Assembly: GCA_963749915.1 (NCBI GenBank)
Contig: CAVVOP010000005.1
Location: 1 to 64,000 of the forward strand
Reading direction: 5' to 3'
DNA: 64,000 nt
Source: an uncultured cyanobacterium
Lineage (GTDB): Bacteria > Cyanobacteriota > Cyanobacteriia > Cyanobacteriales > Cyanobacteriaceae
This document shows positions 40,630-54,298 of this stretch, one piece after another. A program made the translations under genes and the position numbers. Within the stretch, counting starts at the first letter, position 1, and each line of letters starts with the position of its first letter. The notes under the pieces were generated by a model. The model made no database searches and was not told the origin of the DNA. It saw nothing but the letters and a program-made list of their open reading frames with translations.

Positions 40630-42039
40630 CTATTTTATCAAAGTTTCTAAAGAACGAGTTAAAACGGGAATTGTTTGCCCAGAAACACTATAAACTAACG
40701 CTTCTCTGTAAATTCTGTTAGCGCAATGATATTCTTGATTGGCTTCTCCTTTTGAACTTATAATAGCTGCAATCGCACAACGATAGGCTAAACTAATAGC
40801 CTGTACCCTTAAATCTAACTTTTGCTCAAAATTATCGTTAGGGTGAATAACCATATCTAACATTTTGCTTTGCAAATTCTCCGTTTGAGCCTTTAATCGA
40901 CTATGACTATCTGTAACCCTGGGTAAATTTATTTTTTGACAGTTATCCCCTAAAACTCTTAACCCTGCTAAACTACAACCCAAGGCAAAAAATCCATGAT
41001 GTAAAACATTTTCTTCATCTTTTTGATGGATAGCCTGATAAGGTTTAATCATAACTACATCTTCTGAGGATAAAAACCAATGATTTAATCTAGCAGTTAC
41101 AGTATTAGTACTATTCATCGCACTAAGTTTCATAGTAGGGCTAAATTCGAGGTTATAATTGTTCTTAAAAGGCACAATGCCATATAATTCTTGTCCATCA
41201 GGTAAAGTAGCACCGATAATAAAATAAGAGAAAATATCATAACCTGTAATCCACGGCACAAATCCAGTTAATTTATAGCCTCTTTTGGTGGGGATCGCCA
41301 TTACCGATGGTTTTTTTCGTCTTCTTAAATGGGAAAAACCGACACCACAAAATTGATTTTCTTTGGTGATTTTTCGTAAATATTTTTCTTGTACTATGTC
41401 ATTTTTGCTCTGACTTAGCATGGCGATCGCACTTTGATGTTGAGTTTGTAAAAATGATAAAGCCCCTGAATATTTAGCAATCATTATTTGCCATGAATAA
41501 AAACCTAAATTACTGATACCGGGACCGCCCCAATTTTTGGTTAATTTCAGTTGAAAAAAACAAGGATTAATTTTATTCATTTTGTCTAGAGTTTCCTTGA
41601 GAACATTACTATGCTTATCGAGTGTCTCTCCCTTTAACAAGACTTCCTTTTCTAAAAAATCCTCTCCTTGTTGTAAAATATTTTGCTCTAATTCTGTTAA
41701 ATTATTACTAATACTTTTTGCCGATTCTATGGAAATCAAAAGAAGCTTTTCATTAAATTTTCCTCTCAATTTACCCTTGTGTTTTTGAACCTTAATAATA
41801 TCTTTTTTCTCTAATTTATAAACTTTGATTAATGCATCGATTACTTCATAAACATCAGCAATTTCTTCTAGCAAATTATTTTTATTAGCTGTTAATACTT
41901 CTTGTGATTCTTCTATTAATTTATGTTTTAAAGCCTCTTTATATTCAGAATTAGATAACTTTTTTACTTGACATTTCCGATTATTTGAGTTAATAATCTG
42001 AGGAATTTTATCTCTAATTAATTTTTGATATTCACTCAT
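40630..42039 (-). CDS. Fusion of a MazG-like NTP pyrophosphohydrolase domain and an acyl-CoA dehydrogenase-family domain
   Basis: N-terminal YQKLIRDKIPQII...KLIEE..E...LEEIADVYEVI...RGKF; C-terminal GALSFLQTQHQSA, GVGFSHLRR, PWITG, ANRIYREALV. Confidence 0.75.
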   Translation of the reverse strand: MSEYQKLIRDKIPQIINSNNRKCQVKKLSNSEYKEALKHKLIEESQEVLTANKNNLLEEIADVYEVIDALIKVYKLEKKDIIKVQKHKGKLRGKFNEKLLLISIESAKSISNNLTELEQNILQQGEDFLEKEVLLKGETLDKHSNVLKETLDKMNKINPCFFQLKLTKNWGGPGISNLGFYSWQIMIAKYSGALSFLQTQHQSAIAMLSQSKNDIVQEKYLRKITKENQFCGVGFSHLRRRKKPSVMAIPTKRGYKLTGFVPWITGYDIFSYFIIGATLPDGQELYGIVPFKNNYNLEFSPTMKLSAMNSTNTVTARLNHWFLSSEDVVMIKPYQAIHQKDEENVLHHGFFALGCSLAGLRVLGDNCQKINLPRVTDSHSRLKAQTENLQSKMLDMVIHPNDNFEQKLDLRVQAISLAYRCAIAAIISSKGEANQEYHCANRIYREALVYSVSGQTIPVLTRSLETLIK

Positions 42040-42270
42040 AATTTAAAATATAATAAAAATCGGGATGTTATTTAGGTGGATTCTTAATACATTTTGTTAA
42101 GTCACCTGAATAAAACATGCCGTTGTAGCTATGTTTATATTTAAGTTAGATGTTTATTTCTCATTGTTGGACGCCGAGAAAATTTGCATAACAAATTGTA
42201 CACAGACTCAATGTTCTCGAATTTATTCCAAACTATAATATTTAATTATAAGTAATCAGATTTATAAATT

Positions 42271-44070
42271 ATGTCAATGGATAATAATTTAACCCCAAAA
42301 GTTTATCAATGTATTATTAGTTGTCCTGTTCCCCAACTACCCCATATCCCCTTTATTTTCATCGTAGAAGAAGATTCCCCCCATAGGTATGTGTTAACGA
42401 CAGCCCTTCCTGATACTGCTTTATCTCCTTTTGCGGTCGTCGGCGATCGCCAATTTTTTTCTGTAGAAATAAAGGACATCAAACCTACAGAAAGAGGAAT
42501 TTTAGACGAAAATTTAGATCAAGTAGAGAGTTTTGACCGTGAAAATTTAAAATCTGCCGGCATACCTGATTTAGCTTTTTCTTATCTCACCTTAACGGAA
42601 TATAACCCCACAGTGCCAGAATTATTTGACGGCTGGCAAGATTCAGAACATAATCAGGAATTAGTTATTATCAGTAACTATCAGACATATCAAACACTAT
42701 CTGATTATTTGAGTAATACTCAGCCAGAAACAGTGGAGGTTTTAGAGTATTTACAGAAAACCGCTGGACTGTGGAAAAGTTTTGGGAAAACTAATTGCTG
42801 CGAAACATTATTAAAATTAGATAACTTAAAAATCGCCGAAGATGGAACATTAATTGTTGAGAAAATCTATTTTGACGATCCTAATAATCCTTCTTTATTA
42901 AGACAATTGGTCGAAACATGGGGTTATTTATTAGAGCATTTAGGAGAAGACTATAAAACCATTATTACTGATTTGATGATCAAAATTGAATCTGGTGATA
43001 TTGATGATCCTCAACAGTTGCGCTCGGAATTAGAAATAATCATTCAAGAAATGGAAATAGAGTCCATCCTAGAAGAACAAATAATGGAAGAAGGAGAGGG
43101 CGCAATTTTCGTTCACGGAAAAGAAGAATTAAACGCCTTCGTAGATCAATTTGATTATGAAGAATCTGAAGATGAAGAAGTCACCCAAATTAATAAGCTC
43201 GATGATGATGATCAACCGACCTTAGTGCTTCCCATGAGACTTTTAAGCCTTAATAGTGCGGGTTTGAGTGATGTGGGGCGAAGAAGAGAACAAAATGAAG
43301 ATTGTTTTGCCATTGACACTAATATTCAAAATAAAGAAAGTCCCCAAGGTACTTATTATGAGGCAAAAGGCTTGTTTATCCTGTGTGATGGGATGGGTGG
43401 TCACGAGGGTGGAGAAGTGGCCAGTACCATGGCGGTTAAGCACATCTATCAATATTTTCAAGATCATTGGACTGATGAACTGCCAGAACCAGAAATAATC
43501 AAAGAATGTATCCTTGGGGCCAACGAAGCAATCTACTCCACCAATGTCGAAAAAGGGCAAACGGGTTCTGGTAGAATGGGTACAACCTTAGTTCTTACTC
43601 TCCTAAAAGGGACAAAAGTTGCCATCGCCCATGTGGGGGATAGTCGGATTTATCGAATTACCCGTAAATGGGGATTAGAACAATTAACCAGGGATCATTC
43701 TGTGGCACAGCATGAAATTCAACACGGTGTGGAATCGGAAATCGCTTTTGCCCGACCCGATGCTTATCAATTAACTCAGGCATTAGGCCCCAGAAATACC
43801 CCTTTCGTCAATCCTGATATTAATTATTTAGACATTAAAGAAGATACATTATTACTCATGTGTTCTGATGGTTTATGTGACAATGACTTATTAGAAAATC
43901 ATTGGGAGAGTGCACTTTTACCCTTAATAAGTTCTAAACGGAATCTCGAAGAAGGCATTAGTCGAATTATCGATCTCGGCAATCAAGTTAACGGTCATGA
44001 TAATATTACCTGTCTTTTAATCCGTATTAAAGTACAGCCCCGTTTAGACCAGAAAAATTTGATTTTCTAA
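42271..44070 (+). CDS. PP2C-family Ser/Thr phosphatase with N-terminal extension
   Basis: DVGRRREQNED, CDGMGGH, MGTT, HVGDSR, CSDGL, GHDNIT. Confidence 0.9.
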   Translation: MSMDNNLTPKVYQCIISCPVPQLPHIPFIFIVEEDSPHRYVLTTALPDTALSPFAVVGDRQFFSVEIKDIKPTERGILDENLDQVESFDRENLKSAGIPDLAFSYLTLTEYNPTVPELFDGWQDSEHNQELVIISNYQTYQTLSDYLSNTQPETVEVLEYLQKTAGLWKSFGKTNCCETLLKLDNLKIAEDGTLIVEKIYFDDPNNPSLLRQLVETWGYLLEHLGEDYKTIITDLMIKIESGDIDDPQQLRSELEIIIQEMEIESILEEQIMEEGEGAIFVHGKEELNAFVDQFDYEESEDEEVTQINKLDDDDQPTLVLPMRLLSLNSAGLSDVGRRREQNEDCFAIDTNIQNKESPQGTYYEAKGLFILCDGMGGHEGGEVASTMAVKHIYQYFQDHWTDELPEPEIIKECILGANEAIYSTNVEKGQTGSGRMGTTLVLTLLKGTKVAIAHVGDSRIYRITRKWGLEQLTRDHSVAQHEIQHGVESEIAFARPDAYQLTQALGPRNTPFVNPDINYLDIKEDTLLLMCSDGLCDNDLLENHWESALLPLISSKRNLEEGISRIIDLGNQVNGHDNITCLLIRIKVQPRLDQKNLIF

Positions 44071-44171
44071 ACATTTGCGTCAATAAGTAAGGTCTTCTCC
44101 TTACTCAGTGGCATGGTGTGCGCGATCGCAGTAAAATAGAAAGAGGAATCAAAATTAAACTGAAAAAAGTA

Positions 44172-46106
44172 ATGACAGAAAGTTCAACTGCCCAGAAAAA
44201 AAGGTCTAAAGTCGAGGGTATCAAGGAGCGTAGTAATTGTTTACGAGAGCCGATCGCAACAGAGTTACAACAAGATACAACCCATTTTAGCGAAGATGGT
44301 ATTCAAATTCTCAAGTTTCATGGTTCATATCAACAAGATAACCGAGATAATCGGGTTAAAGGGCAAGAAAAAGACTATCAATTTATGTTACGCACCCGTA
44401 ATCCCGGCGGTTTTATCCCCCCCCAACTATATCTTACCCTTGAGAATCTTTCTGAGCAATATGGAAATCATACATTGCGAGTCACAACTAGACAAGGTTA
44501 TCAAATTCATGGTATCCTTAAAAAAAATCTGAAGACGGTCATTGGTAGTATTGTCAAGAGCATGGGGTCAACTTTGGGTGCTTGTGGTGACTTAAATCGT
44601 AATGTCATGGCACCTCCTGCCCCCTATAAAAACCGTCCTGACTATCAGTATGCATGGGAATACGCCGAAAAAATCGCCGACTTACTTACCCCTCAAACTG
44701 GTGCTTATTATGAAATTTGGTTAGACGGTGAAAAAGCCATTACTGCCGAAGAAGCCCCCAAAATTAAGGCCTATCGCCAAAAAGACCTAAATGGCGGTAA
44801 TTTCAGCGATTCTGAAGAGCCCATTTACGGCACTTATTATCTGCCCCGTAAGTTCAAATGTTCTGTTACTGTCCCTGGGGATAACTCCATCGATATTTAT
44901 ACCCATGATCTTAGCTTAGTCGTTATTGCCAATGATAAAGGAGAATTACAGGGATTTAACATTCTTGCCGGAGGTGGCTTAGGACGCACCCATCGTAAAG
45001 AAGAAACCTTTGCTCGTAGTGCTGACGAAATTGGTTATGTTAGCAAGGAAGATGTTTTTGATTTAGTTAAAGCAGTAGTGGCAACTCAACGGGATTATGG
45101 CGATCGTGTAAATCGTCGTCATGCACGGATGAAATACTTAATCAATGATTGGGGAGTAGCCAAATTTACCGCTCAACTAGAAGAATATTTCGGTAAAAAG
45201 TTAGAGGCTTTTAAACCCTTGCCAGAATGGAAATATGAGGACTACTTAGGATGGCATGAACAAGGGGACGGAAAACTATTTATAGGGATTTCGGTGGAAA
45301 ATGGGAGGGTAAAAAATGAAGGTAATTTTAAACTCAAAGAAGCCTTAAAAACGGTCATTGAAAAATATGAATTGCCCACTCGTTTAACCCCTAACCATAA
45401 CATTATTCTTTACGAAATTGATCCTCAATGGCAAGAAGATATAAGCCAAATTTTTATTAATCATGGCATAGAAATTAACCCTGAAAATGTTAATCATCTT
45501 ACCCGTTATTCTATGGCTTGTCCGGCCTTACCAACCTGCGGATTAGCTACCACAGAATCTGAGCGAATTTTACCCAGCATTCTCGAAAGAATTGACGCAC
45601 TGTTAGCTCAATTAAATATGGCAGAAGAAACCTTTGTGATTCGGATGACAGGATGCCCCAACGGTTGTGCTCGACCTTATATGGCAGAATTGGGCTTTGT
45701 GGGAGATTCCCCTAATGTTTATCAAATATGGCTGGCAGGTTGCCCAAATCAAACCCGTTTAGCACGAGTTTATGTTGATAAATTAAATATAGCCAATCTG
45801 GAGAAATTTTTAGAACCTTTACTCGTCTTTTTCCGTGATAATAAAGAAAATGACGAGACTTTTGGTGATTTTTGTCACCGTGTGGGTTTTGATAATTTAC
45901 GAGGCTTCGCAGATAAATATAAACCTAGGAAGAAAAAAGTGATGAAAAAAAGCGAAAAACAACCCCGTAAAAAACGTAATGAGCATCGCATCAGTGTTAA
46001 TGACCAATGGTATCAAAAATTAAAAACTACTTCCACTGAGCAGAACAAAGGGATGAATCAAATTGTATCTGAAGCCTTATCTGCCTATTTTGGTAAAGAG
46101 AAATAA
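44172..46106 (+). CDS. sir: Ferredoxin-dependent sulfite reductase
   Basis: [37 protein letters not shown] siroheme/Fe-S motifs. Confidence 0.95.
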   Translation: MTESSTAQKKRSKVEGIKERSNCLREPIATELQQDTTHFSEDGIQILKFHGSYQQDNRDNRVKGQEKDYQFMLRTRNPGGFIPPQLYLTLENLSEQYGNHTLRVTTRQGYQIHGILKKNLKTVIGSIVKSMGSTLGACGDLNRNVMAPPAPYKNRPDYQYAWEYAEKIADLLTPQTGAYYEIWLDGEKAITAEEAPKIKAYRQKDLNGGNFSDSEEPIYGTYYLPRKFKCSVTVPGDNSIDIYTHDLSLVVIANDKGELQGFNILAGGGLGRTHRKEETFARSADEIGYVSKEDVFDLVKAVVATQRDYGDRVNRRHARMKYLINDWGVAKFTAQLEEYFGKKLEAFKPLPEWKYEDYLGWHEQGDGKLFIGISVENGRVKNEGNFKLKEALKTVIEKYELPTRLTPNHNIILYEIDPQWQEDISQIFINHGIEINPENVNHLTRYSMACPALPTCGLATTESERILPSILERIDALLAQLNMAEETFVIRMTGCPNGCARPYMAELGFVGDSPNVYQIWLAGCPNQTRLARVYVDKLNIANLEKFLEPLLVFFRDNKENDETFGDFCHRVGFDNLRGFADKYKPRKKKVMKKSEKQPRKKRNEHRISVNDQWYQKLKTTSTEQNKGMNQIVSEALSAYFGKEK

Positions 46107-46191
46107 TAATCAAAAATGGCTCTTCAACTTTAAGTATAATAAAAGTTTCTAATATGTTTTAGAGCCTTAATGGTTAATGGTTAATTAATAT

Positions 46192-47286
46192 CTAGCCCAA
46201 TTGTGCTAAGGTTTCTTTTAGTGCGGCTAAGGCACTTAAAACATCTCTTTCTGATACAAAGCCTAAATGCCCCATACGGAAAATTTTACCACTGAGATGA
46301 TCTTGTCCACCGGCTAAGGCAATGTCAAATCTCTTTCTCATGGTTGAGCGAATTGCCTCTGCATCATGTTTGTCAGGTATTACCGCTGTGATAGCTAAAG
46401 CGGCGGCCTCGTCCCTAGCAAATAAAGGTAAACCTAATGCCTTAATTCCTTCACGGGCAACTTTAGTTAAACGTTTATGGCGATCGAAAATATTTTGTAA
46501 CCCTTCCTCCTTCATCATTTCTAATGAGGCTTTCAAGGCGAACATTAAATTAATGGCAGGGGTAAAAGGAGAACTATTTTTGGCGTTGGCTTTCTTATAG
46601 GGTGCTAAATCTAAGTAGAATTTAGGTAAATTAGCATTTTTATAGGCTTCCCATGCTTTTTCACTGACCGCCACAAAACCCAATCCGGGAGGGATCATAT
46701 AGCCTTTTTGTGAGCCAGAGGCTACAATATCTAAACCCCATTCATCCATAGGCACATTGACAGCCCCTAAACTGGTAACGGCATCGACAATTATTAAGGC
46801 TTCGCCGTGTGCTTTTACGTATTTGTTGATGGTTTCTAAGTCATTTAACACCCCCGTGGAAGTCTCAGAATGAGTGATGATGACAGCTTTGATTTTTTTC
46901 TCTCTATCGGCTTCTAGTTTAGCTCTAAAATCTTCAGGATCAAGTTGTTTTCCCCATTCTGCCGTAATTTCTTCTACTTGTAAACCAAAAGCACGACTCA
47001 GAATAGCCCATCTTTCGCCAAATTTACCGTTATTTCCGACTAAAACATGATCACCAGCACTTAAGAAGTTAATAATACCGGCTTCCATCGCCCCAGTACC
47101 TGATGAGCACAAAGTTAGAACTTCGTTTTTAGTTTGATGTAACCATTTTAAATTTTCGTTTAACTCACCCACAATTGTGCTGAAATCACCGCTACGATGC
47201 CCTATGGGATGTTGTGCCATGGCTAACAATACTCTTTCTGGCACGGGAGTAGGTCCGGGAATCATTAACATTAATTTGTCTTGCAT
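46192..47286 (-). CDS. Class V aminotransferase (alanine/serine-glyoxylate aminotransferase family)
   Basis: MIPGPTPV, HSETSTG, DAVTS, SGSQKG. Confidence 0.9.
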   Translation of the reverse strand: MQDKLMLMIPGPTPVPERVLLAMAQHPIGHRSGDFSTIVGELNENLKWLHQTKNEVLTLCSSGTGAMEAGIINFLSAGDHVLVGNNGKFGERWAILSRAFGLQVEEITAEWGKQLDPEDFRAKLEADREKKIKAVIITHSETSTGVLNDLETINKYVKAHGEALIIVDAVTSLGAVNVPMDEWGLDIVASGSQKGYMIPPGLGFVAVSEKAWEAYKNANLPKFYLDLAPYKKANAKNSSPFTPAINLMFALKASLEMMKEEGLQNIFDRHKRLTKVAREGIKALGLPLFARDEAAALAITAVIPDKHDAEAIRSTMRKRFDIALAGGQDHLSGKIFRMGHLGFVSERDVLSALAALKETLAQLG

Positions 47287-47337
47287 ATTTTTTAAACCCT
47301 CGAGTACAGTAAATAATTATCAATGAAAAATTGTCAA

Positions 47338-48318
<981 letters not shown>

Positions 48319-48644
48319 TTAGTTAATAATATCTAGGAACTTAAAATTATACAGAATAATGTGTAAGGGTCAGCAAATTTTAGGACTTTTTTTAATAAAA
48401 ATAGTCTTTTTGCTAATGATCAACCTTGTCTGACTCGGATTAGTTACGGCATAATGGTAAAGTTGACTTCCCATAATCATAGAACATTTTGAGGCAGAAA
48501 ACAATAATGATGTAATTGTCCTTGATCCTGTCCTAAAAAAAAAGTATTTTCCTAATTCTGAATCTGTTAATTCGACTTTAACTTAAGAAATTCATTGAAG
48601 TTGATTTCTCAAAAGATGCAAAATTTCAAGGCTAATATAAATTA

Positions 48645-49724
48645 ATGAATGATTTTGATCGGAAAATAATGCAACGATGCCTTGAATTAGCGAAAAAAGC
48701 ACAAGGCAAAACATCTCCGAATCCTTTAGTTGGTGCAGTGGTTGTCAAGAATGGTCATATTATCGGTGAGGGTTTCCATCCCCAGGTCGGACAACCCCAT
48801 GCTGAAGTTTTTGCACTACAAGCTGCCGGTTTAGAAGCAGAAAACGCCACAGTATATGTTAATTTAGAGCCTTGTAATCATCATGGACGTACACCCCCCT
48901 GCACCGAGGCCTTAATCAACGCTAAAGTTAAGAAAGTGGTGGTAGGAATGATCGATCCTGATGGTCGTGTTTCTGGCGATGGCATCAGAAAATTGGTAGA
49001 AGCAGGAATTGAGGTAAAAGTCGGCATTGAGGAAGAGGCCTGTTTAAAATTAAATGAGGCTTTTATCCATCGAGTGAAATATCAACGCCCTTTTGGTATC
49101 TTTAAATATGCCATGACTTTAGACGGTAAAATCGCTACAAATACAGGTCATAGTCAATGGATTACAGGCACTTCCGCTCGAAATTTTGTCCATCATTTAA
49201 GAAGTAGTTGTGATGCAGTTATTGTCGGTGGTAACACTGTTAGACGTGATAATCCCCACTTAACGACTCATGGGATGACGGATCACAATCCCTTGCGGGT
49301 AGTAATGACGAAAACCCTAGATTTACCCTTAAACCTTCGCCTTTGGGATATAAAGGAGGCAAAAACGGTTATTTTTAGCAATCACCAATCTAATCATACC
49401 CTTAAAAATCAATTATTAGATCAAGGAATAGAAATTATTGAAATAGAAGACATTAACCCTTCTCTCGTTATGGATAATCTTTATCAACGGGGTTTAAATA
49501 GTGTTTTGTGGGAATGCGGTGGTAATTTAGCTTCACAGGCCATCGCCTGTGGTAATGTACAAAAAGTTTATGCTTTTATTGCTCCAAAAATTATCGGCGG
49601 AGAAAATGCCTCTACTCCCGTTGGTGATTTAAGTATTAATAATATGAGTGACGCTTTATTGCTCAAAAATACTCAAATTCACCACATTGGCGGTGATTTT
49701 TTAATAGAAGGCTATCTTACTTAA
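48645..49724 (+). CDS. ribD: Riboflavin biosynthesis deaminase/reductase RibD
   Basis: PNPLVG, HAE, LEPCNHHGRTPPC, KYAMTLDGKIA. Confidence 0.96.
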   Translation: MNDFDRKIMQRCLELAKKAQGKTSPNPLVGAVVVKNGHIIGEGFHPQVGQPHAEVFALQAAGLEAENATVYVNLEPCNHHGRTPPCTEALINAKVKKVVVGMIDPDGRVSGDGIRKLVEAGIEVKVGIEEEACLKLNEAFIHRVKYQRPFGIFKYAMTLDGKIATNTGHSQWITGTSARNFVHHLRSSCDAVIVGGNTVRRDNPHLTTHGMTDHNPLRVVMTKTLDLPLNLRLWDIKEAKTVIFSNHQSNHTLKNQLLDQGIEIIEIEDINPSLVMDNLYQRGLNSVLWECGGNLASQAIACGNVQKVYAFIAPKIIGGENASTPVGDLSINNMSDALLLKNTQIHHIGGDFLIEGYLT

Positions 49725-49904
49725 CATTTGACTATATTTGTAGTCTATTTATGTCTACAATAAGTTATAGCACGCAAGAAGTAATATATAATTAATTGAC
49801 AAAATTCGAAAAAATGAGATACGATGGTAGATTGTCACTGGTAATATATACTAGAGGCAAATGATATTTATATATACAAAAAATGTGTATAAAAAGCATA
49901 CCTC

Positions 49905-50279
49905 ATGCCAACTATTCAACAACTAATTCGTAGCGAACGTTCTCTAATTCGGAAAAAAACTAAATCCCCCGCCCTTAAAGAATGTCCTCAGCGTCGGGGT
50001 GTCTGCACAAGGGTTTATACGACAACGCCGAAAAAACCCAACTCAGCTTTAAGAAAAGTCGCAAGGGTCAGATTAACTTCAGGATTTGAAGTAACCGCTT
50101 ATATCCCCGGTATTGGTCATAACCTCCAAGAACACTCCGTTGTTTTAATTAGGGGGGGCAGGGTGAAAGACTTACCCGGTGTCAGATACCACATCGTCAG
50201 AGGCACTCTTGATGCTACTGGGGTAAAAGACAGAAAACAAGGACGCTCCAAATATGGAGCAAAACGTCCTAAAGCCTAG
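49905..50279 (+). CDS. rpsL: 30S ribosomal protein S12
   Basis: MPTIQQLIR...[11 protein letters not shown]. Confidence 0.99.
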   Translation: MPTIQQLIRSERSLIRKKTKSPALKECPQRRGVCTRVYTTTPKKPNSALRKVARVRLTSGFEVTAYIPGIGHNLQEHSVVLIRGGRVKDLPGVRYHIVRGTLDATGVKDRKQGRSKYGAKRPKA

Positions 50280-50326
50280 ACTAAATGATTGATCTAACTA
50301 GAAATAACATTAAGGATAATAGATAA

Positions 50327-50797
50327 ATGTCTCGCAGAAGCAAAGCTAAAACAGTAGAAGTTCCCCCAGATCCAGTATATAACAGTCGTCTGGTGAACAT
50401 GACCATCCGTCGTATTATGAAAGACGGTAAAAAATCCCTTGCCGCCAGGATTTTATATGACGCTTTAAGTATCATCTCTGAAAGAACTGGTACTGAACCG
50501 ATGGAAACTTTTGAAAAGGCCATTAAAAACCTCACCCCCTTAGTAGAAGTTAAGGCTAGACGGGTTGGTGGTGCCACCTATCAAGTACCCATGGAAGTTC
50601 GCACATCTCGTGGTAGTAGTCTTGCCTTACGTTGGTTGATCCAATTCTCTCGCAAAAGAAGTGGTAAAACCATGTCCATGAAATTGGCTAACGAAATCAT
50701 GGATGCGGCTAACGAAACTGGTGGTGCTATCAAAAAAAGGGAAGAAACCCATAAAATGGCTGAAGCAAACAAGGCTTTTGCCCATTATCGTTACTAA
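50327..50797 (+). CDS. rpsG: 30S ribosomal protein S7
   Basis: [24 protein letters not shown]. Confidence 0.99.
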   Translation: MSRRSKAKTVEVPPDPVYNSRLVNMTIRRIMKDGKKSLAARILYDALSIISERTGTEPMETFEKAIKNLTPLVEVKARRVGGATYQVPMEVRTSRGSSLALRWLIQFSRKRSGKTMSMKLANEIMDAANETGGAIKKREETHKMAEANKAFAHYRY

Positions 50798-50959
50798 ATC
50801 CGTATTTGATTGACAAAAAAAATTTGCTTTCTACATTATTGTAATTTTCCTCTTCCCCAAAGTGGTAAGTTTTGTAAATAACGGTGTAGAATAGTCAACG
50901 GTGTCAATTTTTACCAGAAACCACTTTAATAGTGTTGCTCTAAGTCAAGGGAGGGAACT

Positions 50960-53035
50960 GTGGCTCGTATAATTCCGCTAGAGAAAGTCCGCAATATTGG
51001 TATTGTGGCTCATATAGATGCGGGTAAAACCACTACGACAGAAAGAATACTTTTTTACTCCGGTATTGTTCACAAGATTGGGGAGGTTCATGATGGTAAT
51101 GCTGTCACTGACTGGATGGAGCAGGAAAGAGAGCGGGGAATAACTATCACTGCCGCTGCTATCAGTACTGATTGGCGAAATCATCACATTAATATTATTG
51201 ATACCCCCGGTCACGTTGACTTTACCATTGAGGTGGAAAGGTCTATGCGTGTATTAGATGGAGTTATCGCCGTATTTTGTTCTGTGGGTGGTGTTCAACC
51301 TCAGTCGGAAACTGTTTGGCGGCAAGCCGATCGCTATCATGTTCCTCGTATTGCTTTTGTCAATAAAATGGATCGCACTGGGGCAAATTTCTTTAAAGTA
51401 TATGAACAGGTGAAAGAGCGTCTTCGTGCGCCCGCTATTCCTGTTCAAATTCCCATCGGTAGTGAAGATCATTTCCAAGGCATCGTGGATTTAGTTACCA
51501 TGAAAGCTCATATCTACAAAGATGATTTGGGTCAAGATGTAGAGGTAACGAAAATTCCGACAGAACTGCAAGAGTTGGCCCAGGAATATCATGGCTATCT
51601 GATCGAGGCAGTAGCGGAGTCAGACGAGCATCTTTTGGAAAAATACTTGAGGGAAGAAGAAATTACCGAGGCGGAAATAAAACAAGCCCTCCGTCAAGGC
51701 ACTGTTGAGGGAGCAATTATCCCGATGCTGTGCGGTTCTGCTTTTAAAAATAAGGGTGTACAACTACTGTTAGATGCGGTGGTAGATTATTTACCGGCAC
51801 CAACGGAAGTCCCCGCTATTAAAGGAGTATTACCCGAAGGAGGAGAGGCTTTTAGACACTCCGGTGATGATGAACCTTTTTCGGCTTTGGCCTTTAAAAT
51901 TGCCTCAGATCCCTACGGTCGTTTAACATTTATTCGGGTCTATTCGGGGGTTTTGGAAAAGGGTAGTTATGTTTATAATGCTACTAAAAACAAAAAAGAA
52001 CGCATCTCTCGTTTAATTATTCTCAAAGCTAACGATCGCATTGAGGTAGATGAGTTAAGGGCTGGAGATTTAGGAGCAATTATTGGCTTAAAATTTACCA
52101 CCACAGGGGATACTTTATGTGATGATCAAAACCCGATCATTTTAGAGTCCTTATATGTACCTGAACCTGTCATTTCCGTGGCCGTAGAACCAAAAACTAC
52201 CGAGGACATGGATAAGTTATCGAAGGCTTTACAATCTCTTTCTGATGAAGATCCCACTTTTAAAGTCAGTGTAGATCCCGAAACTAACCAAACGGTCATC
52301 GCTGGCATGGGAGAATTACATTTAGAGATTTTAGTCGATCGCATGTTACGAGAGTTCAAAGTAGAGGCCCATGTGGGACAACCCCAAGTATCTTATCGAG
52401 AAACTATCCGTAAAGCGGCAAGTGCTGAAGGAAAGTTCATCCGTCAAAGTGGAGGTAAAGGACAATATGGTCATGTAGTGATTGAACTTGAACCTCAAGA
52501 AGAAGGAAAGGGTTTTGAATTTGTCTCGAAAATAGTCGGCGGTACAATTCCTAAAGAATATATCCCTTCTGTGGCTCAGGGCATAAAAGAAGCCTGTGAG
52601 TCCGGCATCATAGCGGGTTATCCAGTAATTGATCTCAAAGTAACACTGGTTGATGGTTCCTATCATGATGTGGACTCCTCAGAAATGGCGTTTAAAATAG
52701 CCGGTTCAATGGCAATTCGGGATGGTGTTGAAAAAGCAGCACCTGTGTTGTTAGAACCGGTGATGAAGGTTGAAGTAGAAGTCCCAGAAAATTTCTTAGG
52801 AGATGTAATGGGAGATCTCAACTCTCGTCGTGGCACTATTGAGGGCATGAACTCAGAATACGGTTTAGCTAAAGTTACAGCCAAAGTTCCTTTAGGGGCG
52901 ATGTTCGGATATGCGACTGATATTCGCTCTAAGACCCAAGGACGTGGTATATTTAGCATGGAGTTTAGCAATTATGCTGAAGTTCCCAGCAATGTGGCAA
53001 ATACCATTGTTGCTAAAAATAGAGGTTATCTATAA
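50960..53035 (+). CDS. fusA: Elongation factor G
   Basis: [24 protein letters not shown]; located in the str operon. Confidence 0.99.
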   Translation: MARIIPLEKVRNIGIVAHIDAGKTTTTERILFYSGIVHKIGEVHDGNAVTDWMEQERERGITITAAAISTDWRNHHINIIDTPGHVDFTIEVERSMRVLDGVIAVFCSVGGVQPQSETVWRQADRYHVPRIAFVNKMDRTGANFFKVYEQVKERLRAPAIPVQIPIGSEDHFQGIVDLVTMKAHIYKDDLGQDVEVTKIPTELQELAQEYHGYLIEAVAESDEHLLEKYLREEEITEAEIKQALRQGTVEGAIIPMLCGSAFKNKGVQLLLDAVVDYLPAPTEVPAIKGVLPEGGEAFRHSGDDEPFSALAFKIASDPYGRLTFIRVYSGVLEKGSYVYNATKNKKERISRLIILKANDRIEVDELRAGDLGAIIGLKFTTTGDTLCDDQNPIILESLYVPEPVISVAVEPKTTEDMDKLSKALQSLSDEDPTFKVSVDPETNQTVIAGMGELHLEILVDRMLREFKVEAHVGQPQVSYRETIRKAASAEGKFIRQSGGKGQYGHVVIELEPQEEGKGFEFVSKIVGGTIPKEYIPSVAQGIKEACESGIIAGYPVIDLKVTLVDGSYHDVDSSEMAFKIAGSMAIRDGVEKAAPVLLEPVMKVEVEVPENFLGDVMGDLNSRRGTIEGMNSEYGLAKVTAKVPLGAMFGYATDIRSKTQGRGIFSMEFSNYAEVPSNVANTIVAKNRGYL

Positions 53036-53068
53036 ATTAATTAATTAAACAAAGGAAAAAACACAAAA

Positions 53069-54298
53069 ATGGCACGGGAAAAATTTGAAAGAACGAAACC
53101 CCACGTTAATATTGGTACAATCGGTCACGTTGACCACGGTAAAACTACCCTTACCGCTGCTATTACCTTAACTTTATCTGCGATTGGTCAGGCAAAAGCT
53201 CGTAAATACGATGAAATCGACGCGGCACCTGAAGAAAAAGCTCGTGGTATTACCATCAACACCGCTCACGTTGAATATGAATCTCCTGATCGTCACTATG
53301 CTCACGTTGATTGTCCCGGACACGCTGACTATGTTAAAAACATGATTACTGGTGCGGCTCAAATGGATGGAGCTATCTTAGTAGTATCTGCTGCCGATGG
53401 TCCGATGCCTCAAACCCGTGAACACATCCTCTTAGCTAGACAGGTTGGTGTACCCAGTCTCGTAGTCTTCTTAAATAAAGAAGATCAAGTGGATGACGCT
53501 GAATTATTAGAACTCGTTGAGTTAGAAGTTCGTGAGTTATTGACCGAGTACGGTTTCCCCGGAGATGATATTCCCATCGTTGCCGGTTCTGCCTTAAAAG
53601 CTGTTGAGCACATGACTGCTAATCCCAAAACTCAAAAAGGTGAAAACGAGTGGACTGATAAAATTCACGCCCTCATGGAAGCTGTAGATAAGTATATTCC
53701 TACTCCTGAGCGTGACATTGATAAGCCTTTCTTGATGGCTGTGGAAGACGTGTTCTCTATTACTGGTCGTGGTACCGTTGCCACCGGTCGTATCGAACGT
53801 GGTAAAGTCAAAGTTCAAGAAACCGTTGAGTTGGTGGGTATCCGTGACACTCGTAGTACTACAGTAACTGGCGTTGAGATGTTCCAAAAAACCTTAGAAG
53901 AAGGTTTAGCCGGCGATAACGTTGGTGTACTTCTTCGTGGTGTTCAAAAAGAAGATATTGAACGTGGTATGGTATTAGCTAAACCCGGTTCTATCACTCC
54001 TCATACCAAGTTTGAAGCCGAAGTATATGTACTCAAAAAAGAAGAAGGTGGTCGTCATACTCCTTTCTTCCCTGGCTATCGTCCTCAGTTCTACGTGCGT
54101 ACAACTGATGTAACCGGAACTATCAGTGACTTTACCGCCGATGATGGTAGTGCTGCGGAAATGGTCATGCCTGGTGATCGTATTAAAATGACCGTTGAGT
54201 TAATCAACCCCATTGCGATCGAACAAGGTATGCGTTTCGCTATTCGTGAAGGTGGTCGTACCATTGGTGCGGGTGCTGTGGCCAAAATTTTAAAATAG
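53069..54298 (+). CDS. tuf: Elongation factor Tu
   Basis: [25 protein letters not shown]. Confidence 0.99.
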   Translation: MAREKFERTKPHVNIGTIGHVDHGKTTLTAAITLTLSAIGQAKARKYDEIDAAPEEKARGITINTAHVEYESPDRHYAHVDCPGHADYVKNMITGAAQMDGAILVVSAADGPMPQTREHILLARQVGVPSLVVFLNKEDQVDDAELLELVELEVRELLTEYGFPGDDIPIVAGSALKAVEHMTANPKTQKGENEWTDKIHALMEAVDKYIPTPERDIDKPFLMAVEDVFSITGRGTVATGRIERGKVKVQETVELVGIRDTRSTTVTGVEMFQKTLEEGLAGDNVGVLLRGVQKEDIERGMVLAKPGSITPHTKFEAEVYVLKKEEGGRHTPFFPGYRPQFYVRTTDVTGTISDFTADDGSAAEMVMPGDRIKMTVELINPIAIEQGMRFAIREGGRTIGAGAVAKILK

